Origin: Pseudomonadota bacterium
Lineage (GTDB): Bacteria; Bdellovibrionota_C; UBA2361; OMII01
NCBI GenBank assembly: GCA_027485595.1
Contig: JAIXQT010000249.1
Coordinates: 5,320 to 69,319 of the forward strand
Length of the DNA: 64,000 nt
Direction of reading: 5' to 3'
Shown in pieces: positions 10,029 to 19,335 of the stretch. The notes under the pieces are model-generated. The model did no database searches and was not told the origin of the DNA. It was given only the letters and a program-made list of their open reading frames with translations. The position numbers and the translations under genes are program-made. The stretch's first letter is position 1. Each line of letters opens with the position of its first letter.

Positions 10029-12131
10029 ATGTCGAAGGACCTTCACTCCCTAATTGAGGCGGTTCGTTCACGAGAAGCGCGACGACGGCGCGCCGCCGTG
10101 GCCATCAATGCGGGGTTGTGCCTCTCATTCCTTACGGTTCCGTGGGTACTACTTCAACACTATCCATCGTGGCTTCTCCTCGCATGGCTACCGCCACTGC
10201 TGGTGGCTGCGATCTATATCTCCCGGTCAGAGTACCGATCGATTCAGGTCACCAAAGAGGAGGCCTCGGAGATCGTCGACGCGGTGTTACAAACCAAGGA
10301 ACGAGTTCGCACCTTCTCCCTCCTCTCTCAGTCAGCAGCGGCCCCCGATATCATCAGAAGTGAGTTTATCGCCGATCAAATACGCGAGTACATTCCCCCG
10401 CACTGTACCCCTCAGAATCTCTTAGATGTCCGTCTCACCAAGCCACAGAGGTGGACCGTCGCCGCTACGCTCACTGCCGCACTGATTGCGGGAACCCTTC
10501 TCCTCCTTCGTCCCATGACTCCACTCGAGAACGTTGCCGCGACCCTTCAAGCTATCGTAGACGCCCATCCTGAACTCCCCGAACAGGTTAAGGTCGCGGC
10601 CCAAGAGAGCATTCAAAATCTCGGAGCATCAGACCTCGCTGCCGCTCAAGAGTCACTTCAAAAAACTCAAACTGAGATTACCAAAGCGCTCTCAGCGAGC
10701 GTGAAACCTCAAAAGGACGAGCGCACCATCCAACAATCAGACGAGCAGCACCAAACTCAAAAGGAAGCGCCATCCCAACCTGAACCTCGCAAAGAGGAGA
10801 AGGAGCTCGACACGCAGCAGAAACAGAAGAAGCAGGAACAAGAGAAACAAAACGAAAAGCAAAAGGACCAACAGCAGCAATCGCCAAAGGAGCAGTCCGA
10901 GGAGAATAAGCAGGAGGGGGACAACAAAACCTCCGACCAGCAGAACAACGAAGAGCAACAACAGAAAGAGAAGCAGCCATCAAAGGACTCTCAAGAAAAA
11001 TCTGAAGCTGGCGCGTCGGAAAAGGGAGCCCAAAATCAGGAGCAAAAGGGGGAATCCAAACAAGAGCAGGACTCTAAGAAGGACGGCAAATCCAAGAGCG
11101 GCCAGTCGAACAAATCCGAAGACGGTGACGGCGAGGGCTCTGGCCAAGGTGAGGGAGCGAGTGGCTCTGGTGCTGGCAATCAGGGCGATAACAAAGAGAA
11201 GAACCAAAACTCGCAAGGCTCCTCTGGTGACGCAAAAGACGGACAGGGGACGGGCGAGGGGAATTCACAAGGTTCAAAAGGTGGTGAGCAGGGACAACCG
11301 CAATCGGGCTCAGCTCAGGAAGGTCAGCAACAAGGAAACACCCCAGGCGCAGCCGGTCTCGAACAGCTCAAAGATGCCGTAGCCCAAGCGGAGCAAGCTG
11401 TTCAGCAGGAGCAACAAGAGCAGCAGAAGGAAGAGCAAGAGGGGAAGGGAGGCCAAGAGGGCAGGGGTCAGGGCGATAAAGAGAGCGAATCCGGTAAAGA
11501 GTCTCAGGGTAAGGACGATCAGAAGAAAAACGGTGAAGGTAAAGATTCAAAAGGTAAGGAGACTCAGAGCAACAGTGACAAAGGCGACAAGCCCAAAGGT
11601 CAGCAACAGGGCTCTGGTGATTCAAAGGAGAAGCAAGACAAAAAGAGCGATTCTCAGGGCAAGCAGGGCGACGGCGAAAAGGGCACACCTGAAAAGAACT
11701 CCGCCGACAAAAAGTCTGAGAAGGAAGCCAAAGATGAGGGCGAGGCCGGAAATTCAGGCAGCGCCAAAAAGCAGGAGCAACAACAAAAGCCTGCCGAGAA
11801 GCGCGACTCTAAGGACGGGCAATCAGATGGGGTAGGGGACCGATCGGCGATGCCTGACCGCTCAGCACAAGCCGTCAACGACGAGCCCCCTACAGAGGGC
11901 GCTGGGGGCGATATGCCGAACATCCCGCTCACCGGGGAGGAATCAAAGGTAGAAGGGAAGGACGAAGCGCTCGATTCCCGCTTTACCGGCGCTGACACAA
12001 CCCTCGAAGAGAACACATCACCCGCTCAAGCGAAGACCTCGCTCGACGATGTGCTCCTCGCCAAGCCTCAAGGCTCTACACACAAGGGCAGACAACCTAT
12101 CCCCCTTGAGTACAGAGAGATCATGGAATAG
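10029..12131 (+). CDS. Membrane-anchored protein with a ~420-aa K/E/Q/G/S-rich disordered region (function unknown; first gene of the MoxR cluster)
   Basis: 700 aa with hydrophobic helices at about residues 22-64 and 143-160. Residues ~215-640 contain no F, W, Y or C. Same strand as moxR and 42 nt upstream of it. Alternative-frame ORFs in the track here are low-complexity shadows. Confidence 0.6.
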   Translation: MSKDLHSLIEAVRSREARRRRAAVAINAGLCLSFLTVPWVLLQHYPSWLLLAWLPPLLVAAIYISRSEYRSIQVTKEEASEIVDAVLQTKERVRTFSLLSQSAAAPDIIRSEFIADQIREYIPPHCTPQNLLDVRLTKPQRWTVAATLTAALIAGTLLLLRPMTPLENVAATLQAIVDAHPELPEQVKVAAQESIQNLGASDLAAAQESLQKTQTEITKALSASVKPQKDERTIQQSDEQHQTQKEAPSQPEPRKEEKELDTQQKQKKQEQEKQNEKQKDQQQQSPKEQSEENKQEGDNKTSDQQNNEEQQQKEKQPSKDSQEKSEAGASEKGAQNQEQKGESKQEQDSKKDGKSKSGQSNKSEDGDGEGSGQGEGASGSGAGNQGDNKEKNQNSQGSSGDAKDGQGTGEGNSQGSKGGEQGQPQSGSAQEGQQQGNTPGAAGLEQLKDAVAQAEQAVQQEQQEQQKEEQEGKGGQEGRGQGDKESESGKESQGKDDQKKNGEGKDSKGKETQSNSDKGDKPKGQQQGSGDSKEKQDKKSDSQGKQGDGEKGTPEKNSADKKSEKEAKDEGEAGNSGSAKKQEQQQKPAEKRDSKDGQSDGVGDRSAMPDRSAQAVNDEPPTEGAGGDMPNIPLTGEESKVEGKDEALDSRFTGADTTLEENTSPAQAKTSLDDVLLAKPQGSTHKGRQPIPLEYREIME

Positions 12132-12173
12132 TTCCGTTGCGACACCGCCGAAAAGAAAGGAAACTGTACCCCT

Positions 12174-13187
12174 ATGGAAAACCTCGACCTTCGCGACACC
12201 GCCGCGCTCAGCCAAGCCGTTAATGACTTTCAAAACACCTTCACCGAACTTGAGCGAGAGGTGGGGAAGGTTATCGTCGGTATGCAGGGCGTTGTGCGAA
12301 GCACCCTTGCTGCTATCTGCGCTCGGGGGCACGTTCTTCTTGAGGGGGCACCCGGTCTTGGAAAGACCTCCCTTGTGAAGGCTATCTCAACAACTCTCGG
12401 TTTAAGTTTTAAACGTGTGCAGTTTACCCCCGACCTTATGCCCTCCGACATCACCGGCACGCAGGTTCTTACCGAGGAGCCAGGCGAGGGGCGACGCTTC
12501 GTTTTTAAAGAGGGGCCGATCTTCGCGAACATCGTCCTCGCGGATGAGATAAATCGGGCCACCCCTAAGACGCAATCAGCACTCCTTGAGGCGATGGAGG
12601 AGCGACAGGTCACCGTACTCAATCAGACCTACAAGTTGCCACAACCGTTCTTTGTGCTCGCGACCCAAAACCCCATTGAGGTTGAGGGAACGTATCCACT
12701 CCCTGAGGCGCAGCTCGATCGATTCCTTGTAAAGATACTCGTTCCATCGCCGTCCTCCGCTGAATTAAAAGAGATTCTTTCTCGCACAACCGGCACCGTC
12801 ACAGCTCCTATTAAGCCACTCTTCTCGGAAGCCGAAGCACCTCGACGCCTCGAAGCGATGCAGAGCCTCGTGCGCCACGTTGTCGTATCGGATCCAATCC
12901 AAGAGGTAATCGTGCGCCTTATCGCCGCGCTCACACCGAACTCCCCTTTTGCGACACCGAATGCCAAGCGATACATCCGCTTCGGTCCAGGTCCTCGTGG
13001 CGCGCAATCGCTCGTGATGAGCGCGAAGGTCGCTGCACTCCTTGATAAGCGAATTAACCTGGCGTTCGAGGACATTCAAAACGCAATCACAGCAACCCTT
13101 CGACACCGACTCATCCTTAACTTCCAAGCGGAGGCTGATGGCGTAACCTCTGATGATCTTATCGAGGAGGTTCGTTCGGCTAAGTAG
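12174..13187 (+). CDS. MoxR-family AAA+ ATPase
   Basis: Walker A LLEGAPGLGKTS, Walker B/sensor LADEINRATPKTQSALLEAMEERQVT, and the typical C-terminal lid. Confidence 0.92.
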   Translation: MENLDLRDTAALSQAVNDFQNTFTELEREVGKVIVGMQGVVRSTLAAICARGHVLLEGAPGLGKTSLVKAISTTLGLSFKRVQFTPDLMPSDITGTQVLTEEPGEGRRFVFKEGPIFANIVLADEINRATPKTQSALLEAMEERQVTVLNQTYKLPQPFFVLATQNPIEVEGTYPLPEAQLDRFLVKILVPSPSSAELKEILSRTTGTVTAPIKPLFSEAEAPRRLEAMQSLVRHVVVSDPIQEVIVRLIAALTPNSPFATPNAKRYIRFGPGPRGAQSLVMSAKVAALLDKRINLAFEDIQNAITATLRHRLILNFQAEADGVTSDDLIEEVRSAK

Positions 13188-13206
13188 AGTAGGGTAGGGA
13201 CCACTC

Positions 13207-14097
13207 ATGGCATTAGACGCGCGCACCTTGCGACTCCTCGACACCTTCGCGCTCCGCACGCGACGGTCTTTCTATGGCGCGCGCCAAGGAACGCACCGCT
13301 CCCAACGTCGTGGTCACGGTGTTGAGTTCGCTGAATATCGTTCATACGAACTCGGAGATAATCCTCGCTACATCGACTGGAACCTCTATGCGCGAAGCGA
13401 TAAGATCTACGTAAAGCGCTACCTTGAAGAGGAGACGGTGAGCGTCTTTATGGTTATTGATGGTTCTCGCTCACTCACGCATCCAGCACTTCAACTCAAA
13501 TGGCACGCTGCGGCGAACCTCACAACCTGCGCCTCATACATCGCGCTTGCGAGTCACGACCCTGTAACAGTGTCGGTACTCGGAGGACATCAGAGCCCGC
13601 AATTTTGGGGGCCTCGGTCGTTCGCTCCCCTTGGCGCGTTTCTTGATTCTGAAGGGAAGCACCTCATCGAAGGTGCTCCAGCAAAGATAGATATCGTCGA
13701 AGCGGCTCGAATCGCCGCAACCCGAGTGAGGTTCCCCGGCATCTGCGTCGTCATCTCAGATTTTCTCTACCCGCTTGAGGAGGTCGTTACCATGCTCTCT
13801 TCGTTTCGCTCCCGAAACATGGAGATACACGCGGTACAGATGCTCGGAGCGCAAGATATTGATCCTAACCCAGCAAGTGGCGGAAGTACCCTTGTCGATA
13901 GCGAAACGGGGGAAGAGATCGGACTCTCCCTCGATCCATCTGCGCGCGAGCACTACGCGAGGAAGCTCAAGGAACACACCGAGGCGATCCGCCAACACTG
14001 CCTCAGCGCTCAGATCCATTTTGTACCAGCGGTCGCTCGTGAGCCCCTCGCTGAGAACTCTATCTCTATCCTAAGCGAAATGGGGCTCTTCGTATGA
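13207..14097 (+). CDS. DUF58 domain protein (MoxR partner, VWA-like)
   Basis: GVEFAEYRSYELGDNPRYIDWNLYARSDKIYVKRY is the DUF58 signature. It directly follows moxR. Confidence 0.88.
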   Translation: MALDARTLRLLDTFALRTRRSFYGARQGTHRSQRRGHGVEFAEYRSYELGDNPRYIDWNLYARSDKIYVKRYLEEETVSVFMVIDGSRSLTHPALQLKWHAAANLTTCASYIALASHDPVTVSVLGGHQSPQFWGPRSFAPLGAFLDSEGKHLIEGAPAKIDIVEAARIAATRVRFPGICVVISDFLYPLEEVVTMLSSFRSRNMEIHAVQMLGAQDIDPNPASGGSTLVDSETGEEIGLSLDPSAREHYARKLKEHTEAIRQHCLSAQIHFVPAVAREPLAENSISILSEMGLFV

Positions 14098-15932
14098 TCT
14101 CCATCTTTGGCACCACCATCACGGCAGCGTCGCCGTGGCTGCTCCTCGGAATTCCGTGCGCATTAGGCTTTCTTGTATACATCTTTCGAGTGCGAGGAAC
14201 CGCACAGCAAGCGGTGGTGTCCTCGCTGCTCTTTTTGAAGGAGCTCCCTCGCCGACCCGTGGGGCGCAAAACCTTCGTGCCCCCACTGCAGTTTTGGCTT
14301 GAGCTCGCGATCCTTACCCTTCTACTGCTCGCAGTTTCAGGTCTCTACCTCGCTCGCTCAGGAAAGCATGTCGCTGTCGTCGTTGACTCTTCACTCAGTA
14401 TGGGAGCGCTCTACGGCTCCGGCGGTACCCGCCTTGAGCAAGCAAAACGTATCGCGACGCTCGATATTCAACGCGCTCCAAGCTCTACAACCTATACCGT
14501 ATTCTCCTCTACCAAGGACCTCACGCCGCTTTCGCAACCTCATGAGTCTGCAACAGAAGCTCTCACCACGGTCCAAGGCGCGCAACAATCGCACCGTGCT
14601 GACGTGCTGCAGCAGCACCTCGCCTCCCTTGTCGGAGACACACAGTACGACGCGGTGTGGGTGTACACGGACCGGGAGCTTCAAAACTATCAACCCTCTC
14701 AACGACTCGTTGTCAATCAGCTCCCTATCGACCCTTCCACCTCCACGAACGCGTGGATACAAGGGATTCACGTTGAGAGCAGTGGCACACTCACGGTAAA
14801 GGTCGGATACGGAGGAGCGTCTCCAAAGGACGCCGTTCTTGATGGTGAGTGCTTCGACGGACCTTCCGCATCCCTAGCGAAACTACCAGCACAAACACTT
14901 CGCTTAGCTCCACACGCAGCAACGACAGCGCCCCTTACGCCCTCACGCACGAATTGGGGCTATTGCCGAGTGCATATCAAACTTCAAGATTCATCTCTCT
15001 TTGACGCGCTTCCCCTCGACAATGAGGGATGGATTGCCAATGAACCAACAGAGCCTTCCGTGAATCTTGTTAGCTCACTCTCCGCGGAGCAGCTCGGGCT
15101 CACCAAGGTGAAAACCATTACGGTCTCAACGGAGACACAAAAAGATTCCTCTCAGAAGCTGCCAACCATCTACCACCGAACGGTGCCACAAACCGTTCCA
15201 ACGACATCATCCCTCGTTGTCTTTCCGCCAGTTGGCGCTCTGCCGTGGGGAGGAACTGTCGAGACGCAAGGAGCGCAGGGTCGAGAGGTCACTCGATGGG
15301 ACGCCTCTCATCCCGTTCTTCAGTATGTGAATCCATCCCTCGTTACGTTTCCTGAAGTACGCCCCTTGGAATGTCCTCCCTCAGCTACACCGATACTCTT
15401 CTCAACCGGTGGTCCTATCGCCTGCGCCGGAGAGGAGAAGGGGGCTCGCTACCTCATCACCGGATTTGAACTCTTCCCCTTCGAAGGCTCACGAAATCCA
15501 ACTATCAGCATCTTCACCTTAAACGCCTTCAAGTGGCTCTTTCAAAGCTCCGGTACCACAACAGCCGGGGAGCTCCCCACGCGCCTCTCTCTCCCGGAAT
15601 CGATCGTCGAGGCTGGGTACATTCACCCAGAGAATCTTAAACTAACTCTCGAAGGCTCAAGTATCGCGCCACCAGCTCCCGGTGTAATCGAGCTTCAAGA
15701 TGAAGATGGCACCGCGCGGTATCTTGCACTTAACTCCTTCGAGGAGCAGGAGTCCGACCTCTCACGACGCTCCGCCCTCTCGCTGCCGGCACCAGCCCCC
15801 CGAGTCTCCACGACATCGAGTCCGACCACTTCTCGCTCGCTCCTATCGGTGTTGTCGCTCGTAGCGCTCCTCGTGATCGGAGCCGACCTCACTCGACGAA
15901 TCCTTCGCCGTGTCCGTTGGGGTGACGCATGA
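14094..15932 (+). CDS. BatA-type N-terminal double-TM protein with VWA-like domain
   Basis: N-terminus SPWLLLGIPCALGFLVYIF (aerotolerance-regulator N-terminal type), a MIDAS-like VAVVVDSSLSMG, and a C-terminal TM. Its start overlaps the upstream stop by 4 nt (14094-14097). Confidence 0.75.
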   Translation: MISIFGTTITAASPWLLLGIPCALGFLVYIFRVRGTAQQAVVSSLLFLKELPRRPVGRKTFVPPLQFWLELAILTLLLLAVSGLYLARSGKHVAVVVDSSLSMGALYGSGGTRLEQAKRIATLDIQRAPSSTTYTVFSSTKDLTPLSQPHESATEALTTVQGAQQSHRADVLQQHLASLVGDTQYDAVWVYTDRELQNYQPSQRLVVNQLPIDPSTSTNAWIQGIHVESSGTLTVKVGYGGASPKDAVLDGECFDGPSASLAKLPAQTLRLAPHAATTAPLTPSRTNWGYCRVHIKLQDSSLFDALPLDNEGWIANEPTEPSVNLVSSLSAEQLGLTKVKTITVSTETQKDSSQKLPTIYHRTVPQTVPTTSSLVVFPPVGALPWGGTVETQGAQGREVTRWDASHPVLQYVNPSLVTFPEVRPLECPPSATPILFSTGGPIACAGEEKGARYLITGFELFPFEGSRNPTISIFTLNAFKWLFQSSGTTTAGELPTRLSLPESIVEAGYIHPENLKLTLEGSSIAPPAPGVIELQDEDGTARYLALNSFEEQESDLSRRSALSLPAPAPRVSTTSSPTTSRSLLSVLSLVALLVIGADLTRRILRRVRWGDA

Positions 15933-18490
15933 GCTTTGAATATCCGATTGCGTTCTTGGCTCTCATCCCCTTCGTTATCGCGATGGGACTCTCGTTGCGC
16001 GATCCAAATGGAAGGACTCCTCGAGCTCTCCTTATCGCCACACTTCGGCTTCTTGCGATTACTGCCATCGTCGGCGCTCTTGCTCGCCCCTACCAATCAG
16101 ACCTCGAGCCTTCACAGGGAGCGATAGCGCTGATTGATACCTCCTCAAGCATGACCGACGCGCAGGGAGAACGCCTTCTATCGGAGGCCAACTCCTTATC
16201 CGCGCACATCGGGGCGCCTCTCAAAGTAATCCCCTTTGCGAAGACAGCGGCTACCACTCCTCAATCATCGACAAGTTACTCGACACTTCGCGCTACGGGA
16301 TCAAACCTCGATCCAACGGCCACAAACATCGAAAGCGCGCTCACGAGCGCTCGTCACGGACGTTCCTCCCTCGTGTTCCTTCTCTCTGATGGCTACGAAT
16401 CAACAGGACACGCCCTTGCAGCGGTCGGAACCGGCGCTTCGCCTCGGGTATTTCCACTAACTGTCGACGGACCTCGTGATTCCCAGGGAATCTCAATCTC
16501 TCAGCTCTTCGCGCCTCAGGTAGTGAAATCACAACAAAGGGCCGAGGTTCGAGTCACCCTTTCCAATCCGGAAGCCACAGACTCCCGTGGCTCATTAACG
16601 ATCAAGCACGGACCGGCGCAGATTTTTTCAAAGCAGGTCTCCCTCCCTAACTCTGCGGACGTTACCTTTACCGCGCTGAGCGACGCGAGCATTGAGGGGC
16701 TTCATCCAATCGTCGCAACGTACACCTGGAACGACGAAACCGGCTCTCATTCGGTATCAAAGACAACGTGGCTCTCAAGCGAGAAGAGGGACAAGGTGCT
16801 CCTTCTCTCTGGAGCACCTGAAGATGACCGATACCTTTCCCAAATACTGCGAGGCCAGGCGTATCAACTCCGAAGTGAGATAGCCTCTCAGACAACCTCC
16901 GCCGCGCTCGGTGCCCCGAACGACTACCGAACGATAATTTTAAACAACGTAGCCGCGAACGCGATTCCATCTCCATTCTCTGACGCAATCGCACCGTTTG
17001 TTAGAAGCGGTGGTGGGCTTATCACAATCGGCGGCGATAGGAGTTACGGCCTCGGCGGATATATAGGCTCTCAATTTGAAACCCTCCTTCCCGTTCGCCT
17101 CGTTCCTCCACATCTTGAGAAGAAGCGACTCAACGTTGCTGTCGAGCTCGTGATTGATAAGTCACGAAGCATGGCGATGGACTCTCGCCTTGAGTTCGCC
17201 AAGAGCGCTGCGCGTGAAGTATTAAACTCACTGAAAGATGACGACTACATCGGTGTTATCGGGTTCGATGACGTCCCCTTCATCGCGCTCCCCATATCAC
17301 CCGTTGGAAATGTCCGTGGCTCTGCGATCGAGCGTATTAGCCGCCTCTACCCCACAAAGAAAACGAACCTCTTTCCAGCTCTGGATGAGGCGCGCCGAGG
17401 GATGGCACGCATCAACGCGGGACGGAAACACGTTATCGTCCTCACCGACGGCAAGCTCCCCGATCCCGGCCCGTACTACTTCGACCTCGTGAAACAGATG
17501 CGCGTGCTCGGCGTCACCGTATCGACCGTTGTCGTCGGTAACGATGCCGATGATGGATTCCTTGCGCAGCTCGCTGAGATCGGTGGTGGGTCTTTTTATC
17601 AAACGGTCAATCCAGAGAACCTTCCGAAGATATTCCTCTCTGATGTGAAGGTCGCCTCGAATGAGAAATCTTTAAAAGAGACCCAGGATATACCGGTATC
17701 GGTTGGCCCCTCGGGAGTCGTCTCAACCCAGATCTCTGACTTTCCCACACTGCGTGGCTTCGTGGAGACCCTCCAACGAGAGAGTGCTAAGACCGAGCTC
17801 GTCGTTACCACAGAGGAGAAGACCTTTCCGCTGCTCGCCTCCTGGCCTGTGGATAAAGGTAAAGTTGTCTCATTCACCTCCGACGCGAACGGACGGTGGT
17901 CATCGCTGTGGATGCAGTGGCGCTCCATCAATGAGTTCTGGTCGGATATCGTTGAGTCAACTATCGCGCAGTCCGGTGGCGCTCGCTCGAATGTCGATTT
18001 CGAACTTCGCTCGTGGGTAGAGGGTGGCGAGGTAATAGTCGACCTCGCCCTCTTTGACGATATCGGCGGGTCCTCCCTTGCCGGAGAGATAACCCGCCCA
18101 TCACTAGAGAAGGCTCCACTTTCGTTCTCCTCTGTATCACCAGGGCACTATCAAGCTCGCGTTCCGAAAGCGGCCCCGGGCAAATACGTCGCCACGGTAT
18201 CAATCGGTAAAGCCACCCTCCCCGATGTGGCATGGCAGATCTCCGATGAAACGTTCTCTGAACGCCCACATTTTAAACCAAATATGCCGCTTCTTCAGCA
18301 GATCGCCTCGCGCTCTGGTGGCCTCGTCAACCCAGACAAGGAGGCACTTACCAAGTACCTTCAGATGGCGACCGCAAAGAAGGACCTTTCGCGGGCCTTT
18401 GCGTCGCTGGCGCTACTGCTCTTCATACTTGAGCTTTTGGTGCGGGAGTTTGGGAGAGCTATTAAGGTGCGTCGGCGATCAGCTTCGTAG
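15929..18490 (+). CDS. BatA/BatB-like VWA domain membrane protein with large C-terminal domain
   Basis: N-terminal TM pair, two VWA-like segments (ALIDTSSSM and VIDKSRSMAMD ... VLTDGK) and a C-terminal TM. It shares a 4-nt overlap with the upstream gene. Confidence 0.8.
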   Translation: MSFEYPIAFLALIPFVIAMGLSLRDPNGRTPRALLIATLRLLAITAIVGALARPYQSDLEPSQGAIALIDTSSSMTDAQGERLLSEANSLSAHIGAPLKVIPFAKTAATTPQSSTSYSTLRATGSNLDPTATNIESALTSARHGRSSLVFLLSDGYESTGHALAAVGTGASPRVFPLTVDGPRDSQGISISQLFAPQVVKSQQRAEVRVTLSNPEATDSRGSLTIKHGPAQIFSKQVSLPNSADVTFTALSDASIEGLHPIVATYTWNDETGSHSVSKTTWLSSEKRDKVLLLSGAPEDDRYLSQILRGQAYQLRSEIASQTTSAALGAPNDYRTIILNNVAANAIPSPFSDAIAPFVRSGGGLITIGGDRSYGLGGYIGSQFETLLPVRLVPPHLEKKRLNVAVELVIDKSRSMAMDSRLEFAKSAAREVLNSLKDDDYIGVIGFDDVPFIALPISPVGNVRGSAIERISRLYPTKKTNLFPALDEARRGMARINAGRKHVIVLTDGKLPDPGPYYFDLVKQMRVLGVTVSTVVVGNDADDGFLAQLAEIGGGSFYQTVNPENLPKIFLSDVKVASNEKSLKETQDIPVSVGPSGVVSTQISDFPTLRGFVETLQRESAKTELVVTTEEKTFPLLASWPVDKGKVVSFTSDANGRWSSLWMQWRSINEFWSDIVESTIAQSGGARSNVDFELRSWVEGGEVIVDLALFDDIGGSSLAGEITRPSLEKAPLSFSSVSPGHYQARVPKAAPGKYVATVSIGKATLPDVAWQISDETFSERPHFKPNMPLLQQIASRSGGLVNPDKEALTKYLQMATAKKDLSRAFASLALLLFILELLVREFGRAIKVRRRSAS

Positions 18491-18535
18491 AGCGCCCCCG
18501 CTCGACCGCTCTGTCACCTTCCCAACCCGTCGCAA

Positions 18536-18627
18536 GGGAGGGCGACCATTCCTGGTCGCCGAAATGGCCCATATAGCAAAGATCCCTCGCCTCACGCGAC
18601 ACGGCGGTCAGGAATGACCGCCCTCCC
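18536..18627. repeat. Paired-hairpin inverted repeat (two 25-nt arms, each itself a hairpin)
   Basis: The left arm gggagggcgaccattcctggtcgcc (18536-18560) and the right arm ggcggtcaggaatgaccgccctccc (18603-18627) match 21/25 as reverse complements. The 4 differences are compensatory within each local 7-bp stem. Confidence 0.8.
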
Positions 18628-18681
18628 TGCCTGCAAAAACTTTCCTTTAATTTTCCCCAGGGACCGGCTAAAACAACGTCC

Positions 18682-19335
18682 ATGACACAGCCATTTACCA
18701 TCTACTTCGCCGGTGAGTTGTTTAGTTTAAAGCATCTCCTCGGAAACTCAGTCCTGGCAGAGCAGATTCACCTCGAATCCAACAACCGCTACCGGTGCGT
18801 TGTGCCTCAAGACCTTGAGCAGCGAGAAACAGCGCCCATCGCCATTCGAGACCAGGACCTCTTGCATGTCGTATCGTGTGATGTAGGGCTCTTTCACTTC
18901 GATGGGCCTGAACTCGACTCAGGAACGGTAGTCGAATTCGTCATCTCGAAGATGCTGGATATCCCCTCGGTTATTATTCGAACGGATTTTCGACTCGGCG
19001 GTGACTCAAAACTCGATCCGTGGAACCTCATGTGCTCAGGGTATCCGCGAACGAAGGTGCTTCTTCTAGACGCGATGGCCTCCTATCAACAACAACTGAG
19101 GGGGGAGGGCCTCTCTCCGACCAACGCGGCTCACGAAGCGAGTCGAAAATTCGCGTGTGATGTTGTCACCGCGCTTGATGAGGTTCGTGCGATGGCTCCG
19201 AAGCTCTCTCCCGAGATGCGCGATACCGTGTACGAGTGGATGCGACATCTGCCCGGAGAAACGTTCGCGAAGGTCCTCACCCAAGGCACTCTCAAGGATA
19301 TCCTCTCGTCTAAAATCTCCCGAGGACTCCTCTAA
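18682..19335 (+). CDS. Nucleoside 2-deoxyribosyltransferase-like family protein
   Basis: N-terminal IYFAGELFSLKHLLGN and later FDGPELDSGTVVEFVISKMLDIPSVIIRTDFR resemble the Rossmann-like NDT fold motifs (YxAGxLF ... D.GT..E.G ... D.R). This is my pattern recognition, not a search result. Confidence 0.5.
   Translation: MTQPFTIYFAGELFSLKHLLGNSVLAEQIHLESNNRYRCVVPQDLEQRETAPIAIRDQDLLHVVSCDVGLFHFDGPELDSGTVVEFVISKMLDIPSVIIRTDFRLGGDSKLDPWNLMCSGYPRTKVLLLDAMASYQQQLRGEGLSPTNAAHEASRKFACDVVTALDEVRAMAPKLSPEMRDTVYEWMRHLPGETFAKVLTQGTLKDILSSKISRGLL

Noticed and set aside
10054-12016. Many alternative-frame and antisense ORFs (for example 10678..10983, 10737..10961, 10980..11216, 11368..11688, 11654..12016)
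   Set aside because: These are artefacts of the compositionally biased K/E/Q/G/S-coding tract. The frame starting at 10029 is the only one continuous with TM helices and operon context.
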